The translations under genes were made by a program, and so were the position numbers. Positions 36,141 through 48,475 of a stretch of DNA of 64,000 nt are shown in pieces. Position 1 is the stretch's first letter, and each line of letters starts with the position of its first letter. Under the pieces are notes generated by a model. That model saw only the letters and a program-made list of their open reading frames with translations, was not told the DNA's origin and did not search any database. This stretch comes from Lingula anatina (lineage: Eukaryota; Animalia; Brachiopoda), in assembly GCA_051362555.1 (NCBI GenBank), contig CM120643.1, positions 17,488,848 through 17,552,847 of the forward strand, in the 5' to 3' direction.

Positions 36141-37514
36141 TTTGAAAGTTTTGGTGAATGTGCAACCACAAGACATGCATTTGTGACAAAATGATATGCA
36201 TATGTCAACAAATGCCAGGCCAGATACAGGGTGCATCACACAGAGTTAATTTTGAAAGCAGTCTACAGTTTTAAGGTCAGCTTAGACAGGCAAAAAATCA
36301 TTTAAAAAGTTTGCAGTTTGGTGGATGATACAAGTGAAAAATACTTTTCAGTCACAAACTTCACAATTACTCACCTATGAGTGCATCAGCCATGTCATGG
36401 GGGGGGGGGGGGAGGGGAGGGGTGAAGTAGAGGGAAAATGGGGGGAGGGGGGGGCAGGCAGCACAAAATACTCTAGACTATGTGTCACAGTGCCATCTGT
36501 GTCACCCAGGGCCTGGTGGAGATGGCCCAAATATCTCATGTGAGTAATTTTGCAATCTGTGACAGAAGAGTCTTTTTATAGCAAAAAAAAACTGTTTCTT
36601 AATACGATGAGTTTTCAAATTATAAATATATATTTTCTTAAACATCTTCATACAAGCCAGTTTAGAAGCAAATTATGAAATAGGCTGGGAAGAGGAATTT
36701 CAGTAACAGAAGGAATGAAACCTGTTACTTTACTAAATATTTCTTCTCAAAATGAGTCACGCCAACAGCATATATTAGCAACACGTGCCAGGCAAAAACA
36801 CAACCTGTTTTCATAATTCTTCCTACACCATTCCTCCTTTAACACAACTTTCTTCTTCAAAACAAGTCTTTCTGACTTAATAACTTCCAGAAAACATCAA
36901 CAAAATGGCCCTGGTTATAGGTATCCAATTTATCCAAAAACACTTAAATTCTTGACAAAAAAAGATTTAAAACCTGCAAGCATTTTTCCCAATACAATGA
37001 AAGTAAGTTTTTTTTTTATCCAAGAACTAGATCAATTACCATGAAAGAGTAAAAGATCTTTTTCTCAAATATGGAAATTTAAAGCAGAGATAAAACATGA
37101 AAAAGATAAGGCACTTATTTACTACCTTAAAAAGATTTCAACTCAAAACTTGATCAATATAAATTGAAGCTTGTTCTTCTCATAAATAGATAAATCATCA
37201 AGAAATAGTTACCAAAAGAAAAAAAACTTTAGAGAGAGTGTAAACAAAGCCAAAGCTGTGGCAATGAAGATAAGGCACTTACCAACTACCATAAGAGTAA
37301 ACTCAAAACCCCTCTTCACTGATTTCCTGTACACTTGGTTTGGGAGGTTAGCAAAACCAACATAACCGTCCAACTCCTTGGGTGCTTTCCCTGAAGTTTC
37401 TGGGTGTCCATTTTCTTTCTCTTTGTCCATCTTGTGATCTAGCTTGTCTCTCGTTGTAGGGTCGAACTTTGCTGTTGGGGGCTCATTCTTGAAGAAAGCT
37501 TCTCGCTTGGACAG
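17947..37514 (-). CDS. SEPTIN7: Septin-7 (Peanut/CDC10 group), core coding exons
   Basis: Twelve GT-AG, phase-compatible exons: 37514-37283, 28323-28217, 27893-27793, 27342-27208, 26579-26462, 26254-26162, 25707-25611, 25292-25241, 24826-24713, 20221-20086, 19696-19542, 17992-17947. Motifs: [73 protein letters not shown], ending KKKSIF*. Confidence 0.96.
18093..18160. repeat. Perfect 30-bp inverted repeat with 8-nt loop
   Basis: ttgaaaattccctgctgtttttcatgatta-aggacata-taatcatgaaaaacagcagggaattttcaa. Confidence 0.95.
19542..19696 (-). CDS. SEPTIN7: Septin-7 exon (coiled coil)
   Basis: [51 protein letters not shown], 155 nt. Confidence 0.93.
20086..20221 (-). CDS. SEPTIN7: Septin-7 exon (coiled coil)
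   Basis: [45 protein letters not shown], 136 nt. Confidence 0.95.
21413..21650. mobile_element. Tourist/Harbinger-like palindromic MITE (238 bp)
   Basis: TIRs gggtgcattcacattaaat / atttattgtgagtgcacgc, a TTA duplication on both sides, and further internal inverted blocks. Confidence 0.75.
22316..22372 (-). CDS. SEPTIN7: Candidate 57-nt septin-7 cassette exon
   Basis: ttatattgtag|G GAA GGA GGT GAA GCC CAG AAT GGT GAA GGT GCC GAG GAG GGG ACC AAG TGG GAC GT|gtacgg; phase 2-2, a GC/purine-rich island in an AT-rich intron. Confidence 0.6.
23862..23906 (-). CDS. SEPTIN7: Candidate 45-nt septin-7 cassette exon
   Basis: gtgtattttag|G GAG CTA AAC TTA GAA ACA GCT GAA GAT GAA GAT TCA GGC GAA AA|gtatta; phase 2-2, open, [14 protein letters not shown]. 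Confidence 0.55.
24713..24826 (-). CDS. SEPTIN7: Septin-7 exon
   Basis: [37 protein letters not shown], 114 nt. Confidence 0.95.
25241..25292 (-). CDS. SEPTIN7: Septin-7 exon (septin unique element)
   Basis: [18 protein letters not shown], 52 nt. Confidence 0.95.
25611..25707 (-). CDS. SEPTIN7: Septin-7 exon
   Basis: [32 protein letters not shown], 97 nt. Confidence 0.95.
26162..26254 (-). CDS. SEPTIN7: Septin-7 exon
   Basis: [31 protein letters not shown], 93 nt. Confidence 0.95.
26462..26579 (-). CDS. SEPTIN7: Septin-7 exon (G4)
   Basis: [39 protein letters not shown], 118 nt. Confidence 0.95.
27208..27342 (-). CDS. SEPTIN7: Septin-7 exon
   Basis: [44 protein letters not shown], 135 nt. 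Confidence 0.95.
27793..27893 (-). CDS. SEPTIN7: Septin-7 exon (G3)
   Basis: [33 protein letters not shown], 101 nt. Confidence 0.95.
28217..28323 (-). CDS. SEPTIN7: Septin-7 exon (P-loop)
   Basis: [36 protein letters not shown], 107 nt. Confidence 0.95.
29431..29478. repeat. (TG)n microsatellite followed by a G-run
   Basis: Seen directly. Confidence 0.95.
32290..33745. repeat. Tandem array with 337-bp period (3-4 copies, left copies degenerate)
   Basis: The block g(t/c)atcatgga..ttcagaaaatgtgactagc recurs at 32986, 33323 and 33660. Confidence 0.85.
33747..34696 (+). mobile_element. Non-autonomous Helentron-type (HINE/pearl-like) element with internal 159-bp tandem repeats
   Basis: Starts aacaaga. 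Repeat units begin at 34144, 34303 and 34462. It ends with a (CGGCGA)n microsatellite, a perfect 14-bp hairpin tatgtacagacaca-tc-tgtgtctgtacata (34663-34692) and an A-run. This is the typical molluscan HINE layout. Confidence 0.75.
36089..36143. repeat. (TTTA)n microsatellite
   Basis: Seen directly. Confidence 0.95.
37283..37514 (-). CDS. SEPTIN7: Septin-7 exon (polybasic region, start of G domain)
   Basis: [13 protein letters not shown]...[31 protein letters not shown]; ctttcag acceptor (phase 0) and gtaagt donor. Confidence 0.93.
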
Positions 37515-37720
37515 CTGAAAGAAGAGACAATGGTGCCATGTTATTCAAAGTTTAAAGCTCTGCATCATAAATTTATAAAAAAAAATGCAATTGGGAAATG
37601 GGAAAATGGGAAAGAAAAATATCAAAAGAGCTGAATTGGAAATAAAATGATAAAGAAAACTTAATGTCAATAACAGACGAAAAAAAAGAAAAATACTGAA
37701 AAAACTTAATTTATTATTTA

Positions 37721-37760
<40 letters not shown>

Positions 37761-40700
37761 TTCAAGAGTGACCGATGCATATTTATCTTTGTCCTTGTTG
37801 ACACCAGTGTCATGGCCAGACACACAGGGACATCCCATATATTACCTCCCCAGCTGTGGCATCTTGGGTCTTTTGTCTATAAATTACATCTGTCATGCAT
37901 ACCATAAAAATATTGCTTAGCTACCAGACTGATATTCTGGTTAAAGAGAACTATACACTAAAAAATTCCCCCCTTTTAAACTGGCCGCCGAAGCAAAATT
38001 ATGACAAAACAGAGCTGAAATTGACTATAGAGCACTGCTATCTGTGGGTATAAAAATTGCAATAAAACATACTGGTATGCATAATTTTAAAAAATCCTAA
38101 TAACTCGGTTTTGATAGGAGTGATAAAAACAAAGTTGTTAGCCCCTACAATCCATCTGGCAACAGCCATAAAGCATGTAATAAAACATAACTGTCCCTGA
38201 TTACAGTACTATAGTACCAGTAGGTGAAAAGTGCCAAATTGTCACCTGATTTAGGATGTCATGACACACAATTGGCACTGTAAATCAGCCATCTGTCGTC
38301 TAAGAATGCATACTGTCCTCGTACAACACAGGCAAAGAAGAGTCTTTGATACAATTACATAATTCGAACACGACCTTAGACACTAAGGTCAAGGTCAAAT
38401 TATGTAATTAAATTGTGGGTTCCCAGATGCCCACATTACAGTTCTCAGGCTTTATTAAGTATCAGTTATCATTATAATTTTAGTCCCCATTTTAAGTGGT
38501 GATGTCCTCAGTTTTCAAAACTTCTGCTGCTTTAAACAATGCCTACTGAGTAGGGGGTATGCGATGCCAGAGCGCCTATTAAAACTGGCCTGCACAGAGG
38601 CTAAACCTTCCCATCACAGTCATCTCCACTATGTTTAAAATGTGTGCCTTTCTACTTAGTAACTAAATCCACAGACAGATAACATCGCACTATGTCCACC
38701 ATAAGCTGGGCTAGAGTTACACAACATCTGGGAAGTCCCATTTCAGTGACTATTCAGCTTCAGTGTCCACACCACTGGTCACTGCGGCAGGCTGGCCAAC
38801 ATTTAGTAATAGGTGGGCAGTTGTCAAAAGACATACATTAACAAAATATAATGGTCAGGACTCATAATGACCTGCACTTGCAAACTGATAAGATTGTTAC
38901 TGAATGAGAAATGGTTTACATTAAATGCCCAAAAGGTATGTTCACTTTCAAGTTGGATCTGCCTAGCTCAGTCCTAATCAGTCTTGTGTTTTTGATTAGC
39001 CCTGACATAGGTAGTATAACTAATCTCTCTGTAGTCCCACATATCTACAGTCTAAAATCAAGTGCCATCACATGGGCCACTCGTATTAAGGCTGCTTGCC
39101 TGCTTGTAGTGAAGTGGGTGGTCATGTAGGATTTCGCCAACCCAATCACTAGAAACAGTTTTTGTGCCTTTTAAAGTTTTTGTCATTAATCAGCTGACCA
39201 ACTTCATTCATTTTAAGTTTAAAGCATTGGCTGGTCTTTTCCCCCCCTTAAACTGGCCAGGTAGGACAGGTCTTTAACATGCCCCTTTGACCACTGTTGC
39301 TGACCACTGGTCATTTAAACAGGCTATCAGTAATCAATGATTGCACCACCCTCTTTGCCATTTCCTCCACTTGATACATTTCCAGACTGCTGGTCATTCA
39401 TGAAATGACCAAGTGTTTGGATGTTTGATGGTCACTGATGCAGTCTGATAGGTTTGAATAAGTAGCCTCTGATAACTACTTAATGACCATTCTATATCTC
39501 TTGGGTTTCAGTTAAAGTTTGCTTACTGACCATAGCAGAATGTACAAGTAATCTTGGAACAAGAGCTTCATGATCAACATATTACAATATTTTCTTAAAA
39601 ATGCATCCGTTTTTGAAATTAAAAATCAATAATGGCTGTCCCAGTAGTATTATTTGGAAATGTGAGATTTCACAAAAAAATTCTCTGTGTATTACTCTGA
39701 AATTTTCAGATTTCAGAACACTTTGACCTACAAATTTTGGTGTGTCACATTTCTCAGTCAAAAAAGGCAATATGTTAACAAATATGATTGGACTCTATTA
39801 CTAGCATGATTTCATTTATATTAAGATGTGTACTCTGCAAATCTATATAACATGAACCTTGGGGGGGGGGGGAGACATAAAAAAAAAAGATATGCCATAG
39901 TACATAAGATTGAAATCTGCGAACCATCTTTTTTTTTACCTCAAAAGATTATAAAATGCTTCAGACATTAGGGTCATTTACTCATATCAGATGTTATGTT
40001 CATAATGATCCAATCTCTCAAAATTTAAGATTGAATGAGAGCCATTGTGCAGAATAGTAAAATAATATCCCGCAGTTGAAAATAAAAAATGTGCAATGAT
40101 GAAAATAATGGGGAACTTTCTCCTCCTCCTAACATTGCCAAGCCTATTTTACTTCCCATATCCGTTGAGAATGTGTGAACAAAGATAAGAAAATTAAGTA
40201 GTTTTTTTGGTTGTGATCATAGAAATCCATTTTCCGGTCCTGATGATTATATATTATGTGCCCTAATAACGTATATAGGGCAATGTATATTGATTCAATA
40301 CAGCTTTTAAGCCACAAACCACAAAACGAAGAGTCATTCCTTTGTGTTAGGGGCAAATTTCTGCTGAAGTTCTACAGCATCCTGAATAAGTCCTTATGTT
40401 ATTCAGAACAAGATGTTTCTCCACTGCAATAAATGCTCTCTTTCAAAAAAGTAATAATGCAACCTGCACGCACGCCCACACATGCATATACATGCACACG
40501 TTATCATATATATGGTACACATTTACTCTTGCATGCATACAAAATACATAAAATTTAACACATCAAATGCACACACATGTACAACAAACACATATACTGG
40601 TCTTAAAGGGCTTTAAAAAAGTATCCAAAATAATTATTTCGATAAAAATGAAAAATACTACAAAAAGTTATGTTTATAATAGCGAGTCTGGCACCCGGCA

Positions 40701-42014
40701 TTTTTTTCAACAGTTTATGTTACTGGTTCCTGGATCTAAGTCAAAATGTAAGGCCCTGAAAAGGGCAGTTAACAGGGAGAGGCATATGAGGTAACAGGGA
40801 GAGGCATATGATGTATTTCTTGTAGGATGTGTCTTATGAATCTACAAAGAACTTTTGCAGCACCTAAAACAACAGGGAATCTGTATTCTGTTGTTCTTAA
40901 ATATGATGACCAGATTTTTCATAGGAAATGATCTATCCTCTGATAACGTAGCATCCAGTGGTATCAAACTGGATAAAGAAAGGAGACATTAACATTATGA
41001 GTCGGTAATGCACAGTTAAAAAAAGTAAAATATGCCAAAACTTAATCAAATACAAATTGGGAAACTGCTCTTTTACTATCACAAGTACTAGTATTTAAAT
41101 CATCTAAGGGAATCAATTATGGGTTCACAATTTTGGAAAATGAAACTCTTTTCATGATAAAGTTTTATAAAAAGGTTGTTTCTATACAATTGGTTAGACA
41201 GTTTCATAATGTTCTTGTAAAACTTTTATTATTATTATAATATTATTATTATCAATACCAATTTTATCAATACTATATTGATTGTAACATTATTACTGCT
41301 ATTATTATTGATATCATTATTAATATAATTTCATTTCAGACACTGCCTCTTGAAAAAGACATAAAATAGACCAATAGCATCTGGATGATTAGGGAAGTTC
41401 CCAGTACAAACCATATGTGCTGTGAAAAGACAAGTCAGTACAAAAAAATCAATTGAATCCAACCATTCATATGATGCAGCAAACAGCCAGCTAACACCAG
41501 TCATATGTTTCGTTCCCCTACTAGTACTTGTTATGTTCACCCAGCTTCTGCCACTGGTTCCATTTCACTGTTCCAGAGAGTAGATGTTTTTTGGGTAACT
41601 TTCTGCCATTTTTACACATGCATAAGCATGGATGCTCACATACTAGAGTGCATGAACACACTTTAACTATACCAACAAGTAGACTTTGTTGGGTTTTTCT
41701 CTTCCATAATCACCAATCTCAAAACATGCTGATAATTGATCCCCAGGCTAATGTTTATATCAAAGGAAGCCGCAGGCACAATGAGAACATAGCTCTGATC
41801 TTAAATAATATAATATCCAGAGAGGAATAAATCATTACGTATCAAACAGACAAAGAGACAGGTAAAGCTGACAAATGCATAGACGATGTATCTCAGTTCA
41901 CATTTTAAAAAAATCCTGTATAGTGAATAATTGCACCCCTGTAATTAAGCACATAACATCAAGAAGTTCGAAAAGAAAAAGAAATTTTCTATCTTTAGGT
42001 ATAAGGGTAACATT

Positions 42015-42016
<2 letters not shown>

Positions 42017-42062
<46 letters not shown>
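42017..42062. repeat. (CA)n microsatellite
   Basis: Seen directly. Confidence 0.95.
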
Positions 42063-42066
<4 letters not shown>

Positions 42067-45000
42067 AAAAAAAAAAAATGTATGAAAAAATTTATGTATG
42101 GCATCAACCAAAAATATCTTAAGTGCTCAATCCTAAATGAAAGTTACAATTTTTAAGATCCACAACCCCGTTTCATTTACCATTTTACATGCTTTCTATC
42201 TAAGTTTTACCACGTCTCTCTCTTGCTACCACACCTAAAGTATTACACCTCCATGCACAGGGTGTCAAATTCACCAGGTGTGTAATATTACTATAGTCCA
42301 ATATATGGACAGCATCTAGATCACAGCAATTGGGTTGTCCATTGTACTTAACAGGACCTCTATCTAAAAGAGTAGATTAGAAGATGAGTACCAGTTTTTC
42401 CAGGCCCCTCATGCCAGATATATAGTAAGGTTGTCCTTGTCCTTAATTAATGACATAAGAAATAACAGGCTGTGTATCTTCTTTGAACCTACAAGTAATT
42501 ATAACCTGTCCTGAAGGCATTTTTCTATCTGAAGAACTAATAGTTTTGACACGTCCCTTTCGATAATTTTAATGTACAGATTCAGACACGCCCACTAAAT
42601 AAAGTGGAATGTCATAATGACCCTCAATATCACAGCACCCCACCCCCCCCCCTTTTTTTTTTTTTTGGGGGGGGGGGGAGGGGGGTTGAATTTAGCCAGA
42701 ATAAGAACACTAAAATAATTTTTATGTACGTTCTATGCCTATGGATCAACAAAGAGCATAATACATCCACTTTTTCAGAAAAAAACAACCCTCCTTTTGA
42801 AATCGCTACATACACAGTCCTGATTTCATATGAAAGATTCGATCTGAGACAACATCTGTGTACCACTTAGGGCACCCTCCATCCTTCGTATTGTTCTATT
42901 GATCCACAACACAGACAAAGAAATAAAGACGTTAAAAGTACAAGGAAGTCGAGTCTAGAAAACCAGCTGAATGGCTTGTGTTTCATTTTCAATTCACAAG
43001 TCCTGTGGTGATACCGACCAGCAATTTTTGCTTTTAGCAATCAGAACACCCTAACCCCTTATTTTCTGAAGTCAAATAAAGACAACCCCTGGCTGAGATG
43101 TCAGGGCACTGACTGCACTCTCTGTGTTATCTGTTTCTCTATCTCCCTCATAGTGTATATACACATACAGATCTACACTGTGTACATTCACTGCTACTGT
43201 GTAAGTTTACTAGTGTTTGTGTGTGGATGCTGATTTCATATACAAGCAAGACTACAGGGCCTGCATTTCACACAAGAATCCAAGTTGAAAGTTGGTCTTA
43301 ACTTAAAAATTGAAAATATTAGTGGACTTCATTTGAAATAAAGCAATAGTCCATTTAAACAAGGAAAAGGGAACTGCTTCACAAAAATCAGAGAAGCTAC
43401 AGACCAACAGCTGTTCTATATATTTAGGGTACAAGTAGTCCTGACACAGCTCATCCCCATATTAATTTCATTTTAGCTGAACAGCCAATATACCTCTCTT
43501 ATACAGGCTACAATTTTTTTTAAATGGACGTAGTTCTTAAGGTCTATAGTCAACAGCTTGACCAGCAGTAACGTGGTCAGCTGTCCAGACTAGTTGCTAT
43601 TATTATACTTCTAGTGATCTTCTGGCTGCTATCGAATTATTGCAAAAAACAGGCCCCCTCCACCTTCCCCTAGTCCTATCATGGTGTTTTTGACTTATTT
43701 CTGGTCCAAATTGATCCTGATGTGAACAGACTTATTTCCACCTCATTTCTGCCTTGCATGACAGCCAAGCATATGGAGCCCTCAGTAAACATGTGAGGCA
43801 TGTGGACTGGGCTCCAGCTATCAGGGATCTTACTTTTAAACCATCATTATCAATGTTCACATGATCGAAGTCCTGTCTGGTTGTCAAGATGGCAAATAAA
43901 TGACCCATGTTTCATATCATTACTTTCCCTGTGAAGTGTCAATATTCAAGTACAAAGCAGTCATTTTTATATGGATATGAAACGAATATGAAACAAAATT
44001 CATATCCAAATACAAGAAACATTTGTACACAAAATATGCACACAAGAAGTCTATGTGATAGTTTTTCCAATGACTTGCAGATAACATTATACCAATTCTG
44101 ACATCAAAGTAGAGAAGAGTCAACAGCTTTTAACTAATGACCGAGTAATTGATGATATCTATAGCATTATTACCAAACAAAAAAGGCATTCATCAATGAC
44201 ATAAAATGCTCCTAACAACCAACACTTCTAGAACATTGTGAATATCCTGAAGTCTTCATACATTATCGCAGATTAAATAAAAATTATATAGATTTTAAAA
44301 AGGCAACCTAAAAGATGGCAAGCTTTCTTACGGGATCAAAAACCTTGTGGAAGCATGATTATGGGCAATAAATGATCAGGGAGCATGTTCTTAATCATCA
44401 CAGACCTGTCAGACAAAATAAACACACCTTTACCCCTCACTTCACTGTTGCATGTCATTATCCTATTAACCAGTGAGTAAATGAGGTTGTTATGGTAAAT
44501 GAACCCCCCAGGGTTCCTCTGCAAGCTGACGTACAGATTTCTATGTGGTATATATCACAGAAATATATATGCCTTCTAGTTGTTGTTGTCATCATGTAAA
44601 TTACCTTAACTTAACTTAATGTATGGAGTATATCAGGCATTTTCCACCAGTTACCATATATAGATTTAATAAAGTGCAATTATGGACTAAACAATGCCAG
44701 TCTTGTTTGTGAGAGTTTTTCCCATTTTCTCAGACAAGATGAACCCAGCCATTTATAACATTTGCCAACAAATTATGCTTTTAGAATATCCAATCGCTAA
44801 TTAAACAATGTTATATTTGTTTTGAGCAGGGGTGTGTTGGAATGGAGGGGGAAGGAGGGAGAGAGAGAGGAAAAGTAATGTGTAAAACTTTTAACTAAGC
44901 TCTCCCACCTCCAACTTTTTCATATCTGCATCCCAATATTATACATATATCCACTCAATGTTGCCTTAACTTTATCTCCAGTTCTTGGTTTTGAATGAAT

Positions 45001-45303
45001 CATAAACAACTTTAGATCAAACAACTGTAAAAGTATGTTAAATCATAATTGTGTCACCTGGGTAATAAATCATCCTTTTGTTTTCAAAAGGTATAAAAGC
45101 AGGGGGAAGGGAAGTGCCATACGTTATATCAGTGACACCTTTCTTCTGTGTTATTTGTGACACATTGATGTCCAGAGAAGAAAGAGAAAATAATAGAAGA
45201 AGGCCATATTCTGCCTGTCATCTTTGTCATGCTTTTGATATTTTGAACACAGTCTACCATTTATGAACAAAATCTATTTCCCTTTCATAAAGCAACAACT
45301 TAC

Positions 45304-45840
45304 TCCCTCTTTATTTTCATCTTTGTGCAACTCTTCACTCTCGGAAGTAGCACTTGACGTTGACTCGGTGCTCCCCGCGCGATTACTCCTAGGAACATAC
45401 GTCCCCCTGGTGGCGGTAACACCTCCGCTTCCACCAAAACGACTCTGAACGTGTGATCCAACAGAAATATGAGCCGAAGTTGAGTGGAGGCCATCTTTGG
45501 TGGTAGAAGAATCCTTCTCCTTTTGGTGACCATCCTCAGCATTTCTGAATCGATTTATAAAATCCTTCCTAGAATAACCACCGACTCCAGTCCCCGAGGG
45601 ATTGACAGTGCCCCCTTTAGTTGTGTCTCTATCCTTGAGACCACCAGTGTGGTCAGAATCTGTAATTCCACGGGCAAACCGGTTGGCAAAATCACGCCTT
45701 GAGCTAAAACTGGCCGAACTGAGATTCCCCGATGCAGCGCCCGTAGAATTTGACGCAGCTGCATTGTCTCCTTCTTTTCGGAAACTTGCAGAGGTCCTCT
45801 TTGGCCTGTCTGGGTTGAGTACACCCCCTGTTCTAATCAT
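45304..45840 (-). CDS. SEPTIN7: Septin-7 alternative N-terminal exon (179 codons, S/G/T-rich, disordered)
   Basis: Open GC-richer frame MIRTGGVLNPDRPKRTSASF...LHKDENKEG ending in GGA|gtaagt. This phase-0 donor fits the phase-0 acceptor at 37514. Confidence 0.75.
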
Positions 45841-46279
45841 GATGATTCTAAATGTACAGCACACACACACTGCTATCTATCCCCAGTATAAATACACTGA
45901 ACCTGAATGGCACTATTATAGCTCCTATGTAGACCCAAGTATTTTCTATCCTGTAATGAGACTGGACTTCCTTTCCTGTGTGAGAGACAGCAGTTTTACC
46001 TCCAATGCTTGAACCACAGGGTTATCTCCCAAGATTAAAATCCATGTGTGATTTGTATATACTATATCTCAATGGTACCAGTATTGTGTCTTCTCTATTG
46101 AATACAAGGTTTTATATATATCTGACCTCGGAATTTGCTGTGTAACTAGCACTTAAAAGCATCCTTCTCTGCAACCATCTAGCTCCCAGCTATGTTCCAT
46201 TCCCTGTACACGTCCTCTTTCATTTCAACTCCACTGAGAAATGGCTGCAGTCTATTATCCACAAGCTAATATCATTAAA

Positions 46280-46420
46280 GAATCACACATTGAGTCATAT
46301 CATTCTCTTTATACAGGAAGGAGGGGCTTCCTTCAAAGACGAGGCGGGACTATCTCAGCAAACAATGCAGTCAAAAAATCAGCCGTCCCTGATTGGCTCA
46401 ATTGACTTTTGATTGACAGT
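46280..46420 (-). promoter_or_regulatory. Candidate internal promoter for the long N-terminal isoform
   Basis: On the minus strand, in order: CCAAT (46396-46392), GC/E2F-like TCCCGCC (~46349-46343), TATAAA (46313-46308). TATA is ~470 nt upstream of the ATG at 45840. Confidence 0.5.
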
Positions 46421-47130
46421 AACTGAATAGATGTACTGTTGTTTTTCAATTTGGGTTAATAACATTCTAAAGGGGAGGCATGTGATATGGTCTGCTTGTA
46501 TTAGCAGGGACCATTTCAAAATAAAGTCCCTTAAACCCTAAATCTGTCACCCTGATCACATGTAAATATTCCAGAATTTTGTACATATTTTTAAAAGTTT
46601 CATCCTCAATAAAATGCTTGAAAATGCACTTTGGCCTATAAAGGAGATTAATGAAATTATGCAAGGATAGGTTTTATTGCCTTCTATAATGAATAATTTC
46701 TTCACCTTTTTAAAGAAAGTAATTCAAATAACTTCATTCTTACTTCCTTTTACATCTGTGTAATAAAATGAAGGACACAGACATGTGCCAAGAGACAAAG
46801 CAAACATTTTTTAAATCTAAAACCTTTCATGCTTTACCTATACAGCCATCAAACAGCAAACAGACTTCAAAGACATTTGCCCCTCAAAAAATCAAAACCA
46901 AAGCTTCCCTTTTCTTTTTCTTTGTGATATATAAATCTATCACTATCTCATTTCTCACAAGAACATTACTAATTGTGAATTTTTCCTTTTATTCCAGACA
47001 TCACAACAAAAAGAAACCACAAAGAAAAAAATCTCCAACTTGTCACACCCATTTCTCCCTTCTTTATATTTCTTAACCCATCAATTAAAAGACCCAGTAC
47101 TTGGTCAGAATTTCAACTGGTGTCCACAAA

Positions 47131-47380
47131 GGGCTAATTCCGATTGAAACTGTCTGTCTAAATAGATCGATCCAACTCTGTAAGAAGTCACATTCAATGC
47201 AATCAGTTTAAAAGATTAACACAACTCCCCATTTCCAACATACTCATATGATCACCAAGCTTTTCTGTATTCTACGCCAGGAGGAGGGATGTTTATCTGT
47301 TAAGCTGATTGCCCTCAGTGATAGTCCCTGCAGAGTTGGATCGATCTATGTAGACCAATGGTGTCTATGGAAATGGAGAC
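47131..47380. mobile_element. MITE related to the 1037-1251 element
   Basis: Inverted arms gtctaaatagatcgatccaactctg (47156-47180) and cagagttggatcgatctatgtagac (47331-47355). The end ctatggaaatgg matches the 1037 element. Confidence 0.65.
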
Positions 47381-47807
47381 TTGGGTGTTTGAAGACTCAT
47401 TAACCAGCTATCAAACTGGAATGAGTTAACCACAAGCACTGACCCTTAACACTGGCACCAAGGGTCAAGTCTGACCAAATGACCACTTGACAGGGTGTCT
47501 AGTCAAAATAGCTTTTTATCACAGCTACTTTTCTACTGTTTTTTTTCCCTTCATTAACTGACTTCTTAATTCACTTGTTTTAAATCTCCCTCTATTGCAT
47601 AGGTGTTAGAAATAAAAGATAACTGTTAAAAAGAAAATATAACCATTATATTTTCCCTACTGTTTATATATATTTTTCATTTTATTTAATTTTCTTCAGA
47701 TTTAGAAACCTTTGGAAATCTAAATTCAGATCTTAAACAGGTTCTGAGTTCATTTTTCTAAGCTAGCCACTGGTTTCATAAAACATCATATCCAAGTAAG
47801 GTTTGGT

Positions 47808-48475
47808 CACCCTGAGCTTCAGAGCTCACTTGACACTAACCTTTTCACTGTAGCCTATCTCCATCGTGTCAAGTAACCTCTGACGAAAATAGTTTGACCT
47901 AGTTTATATAAGCCAATCGAATCCAAGTTTCAAAAATTTTCACCAAAGTTTGGTGAAAACGCTGATTGGTTGACCGTCAATCGGCAATCCTCGGCTGATT
48001 CCGCAAGCTCCATACTAACAACAAAGTTATTGTCGAGTGCGGAGACATCCGAGTAGTTCCGAGTGTATTACCGTACACAAAGAAAGCAAGGCGAGTGACT
48101 ACGAAAAAGAATGTGTTAAGTTATCTCTTGATTCTTTGCAAAATATGAGTAAATCGGAATTGAAACCATAGGGTCTAGCAGTTTGAGGCCCTGCATCATT
48201 ATCTACTGAGAGACCATGTTATTTGCGTGCTGCCCACAGGTTACGGCAAGTCCCTGATATTCAGCCTTATCTTTGATTGGTCCGGATTTGAACAAAGCGC
48301 GCTTTGACTCGTTCGCGTTCATTGGCTAGATCGTTTAATGAGTCATCGAGTGCGGGCTTTTAAATTTGATTGGCGGGCGGCGGAGGCAATCGAATCTGGT
48401 CAGAGGTTACTTGACACGATGAAGATAGGCTACAGTGAATAGGTTAGTGTCAAGTTAGCTCTGAAGCTCAGGGTG
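47808..48475 (+). mobile_element. Non-autonomous long-TIR DNA transposon (668 bp) carrying a RecQ-like helicase fragment; AcademH-like
   Basis: ~76-bp near-perfect TIRs (caccctgagcttcagagct...aagtaacctctgac) and an exact 8-bp TSD GGTTTGGT (47800-47807, 48476-48483). Internal translation ELKP..QFEALHHYLLRDHVICVLPTGYGKSLIF. Confidence 0.85.

Noticed and set aside
41535-41570. Short ATG exon MEPVAEA on minus as an alternative septin start
   Set aside because: The donor is weak (gtgaac) and its phase is incompatible with the phase-0 acceptor at 37514.
45484-46012. Plus-strand ORFs overlapping the septin N-terminal exon
   Set aside because: Antisense shadows of a GC-rich coding exon. The same applies to the plus-strand ORFs over the hAT, Sola2-like and Gypsy regions.
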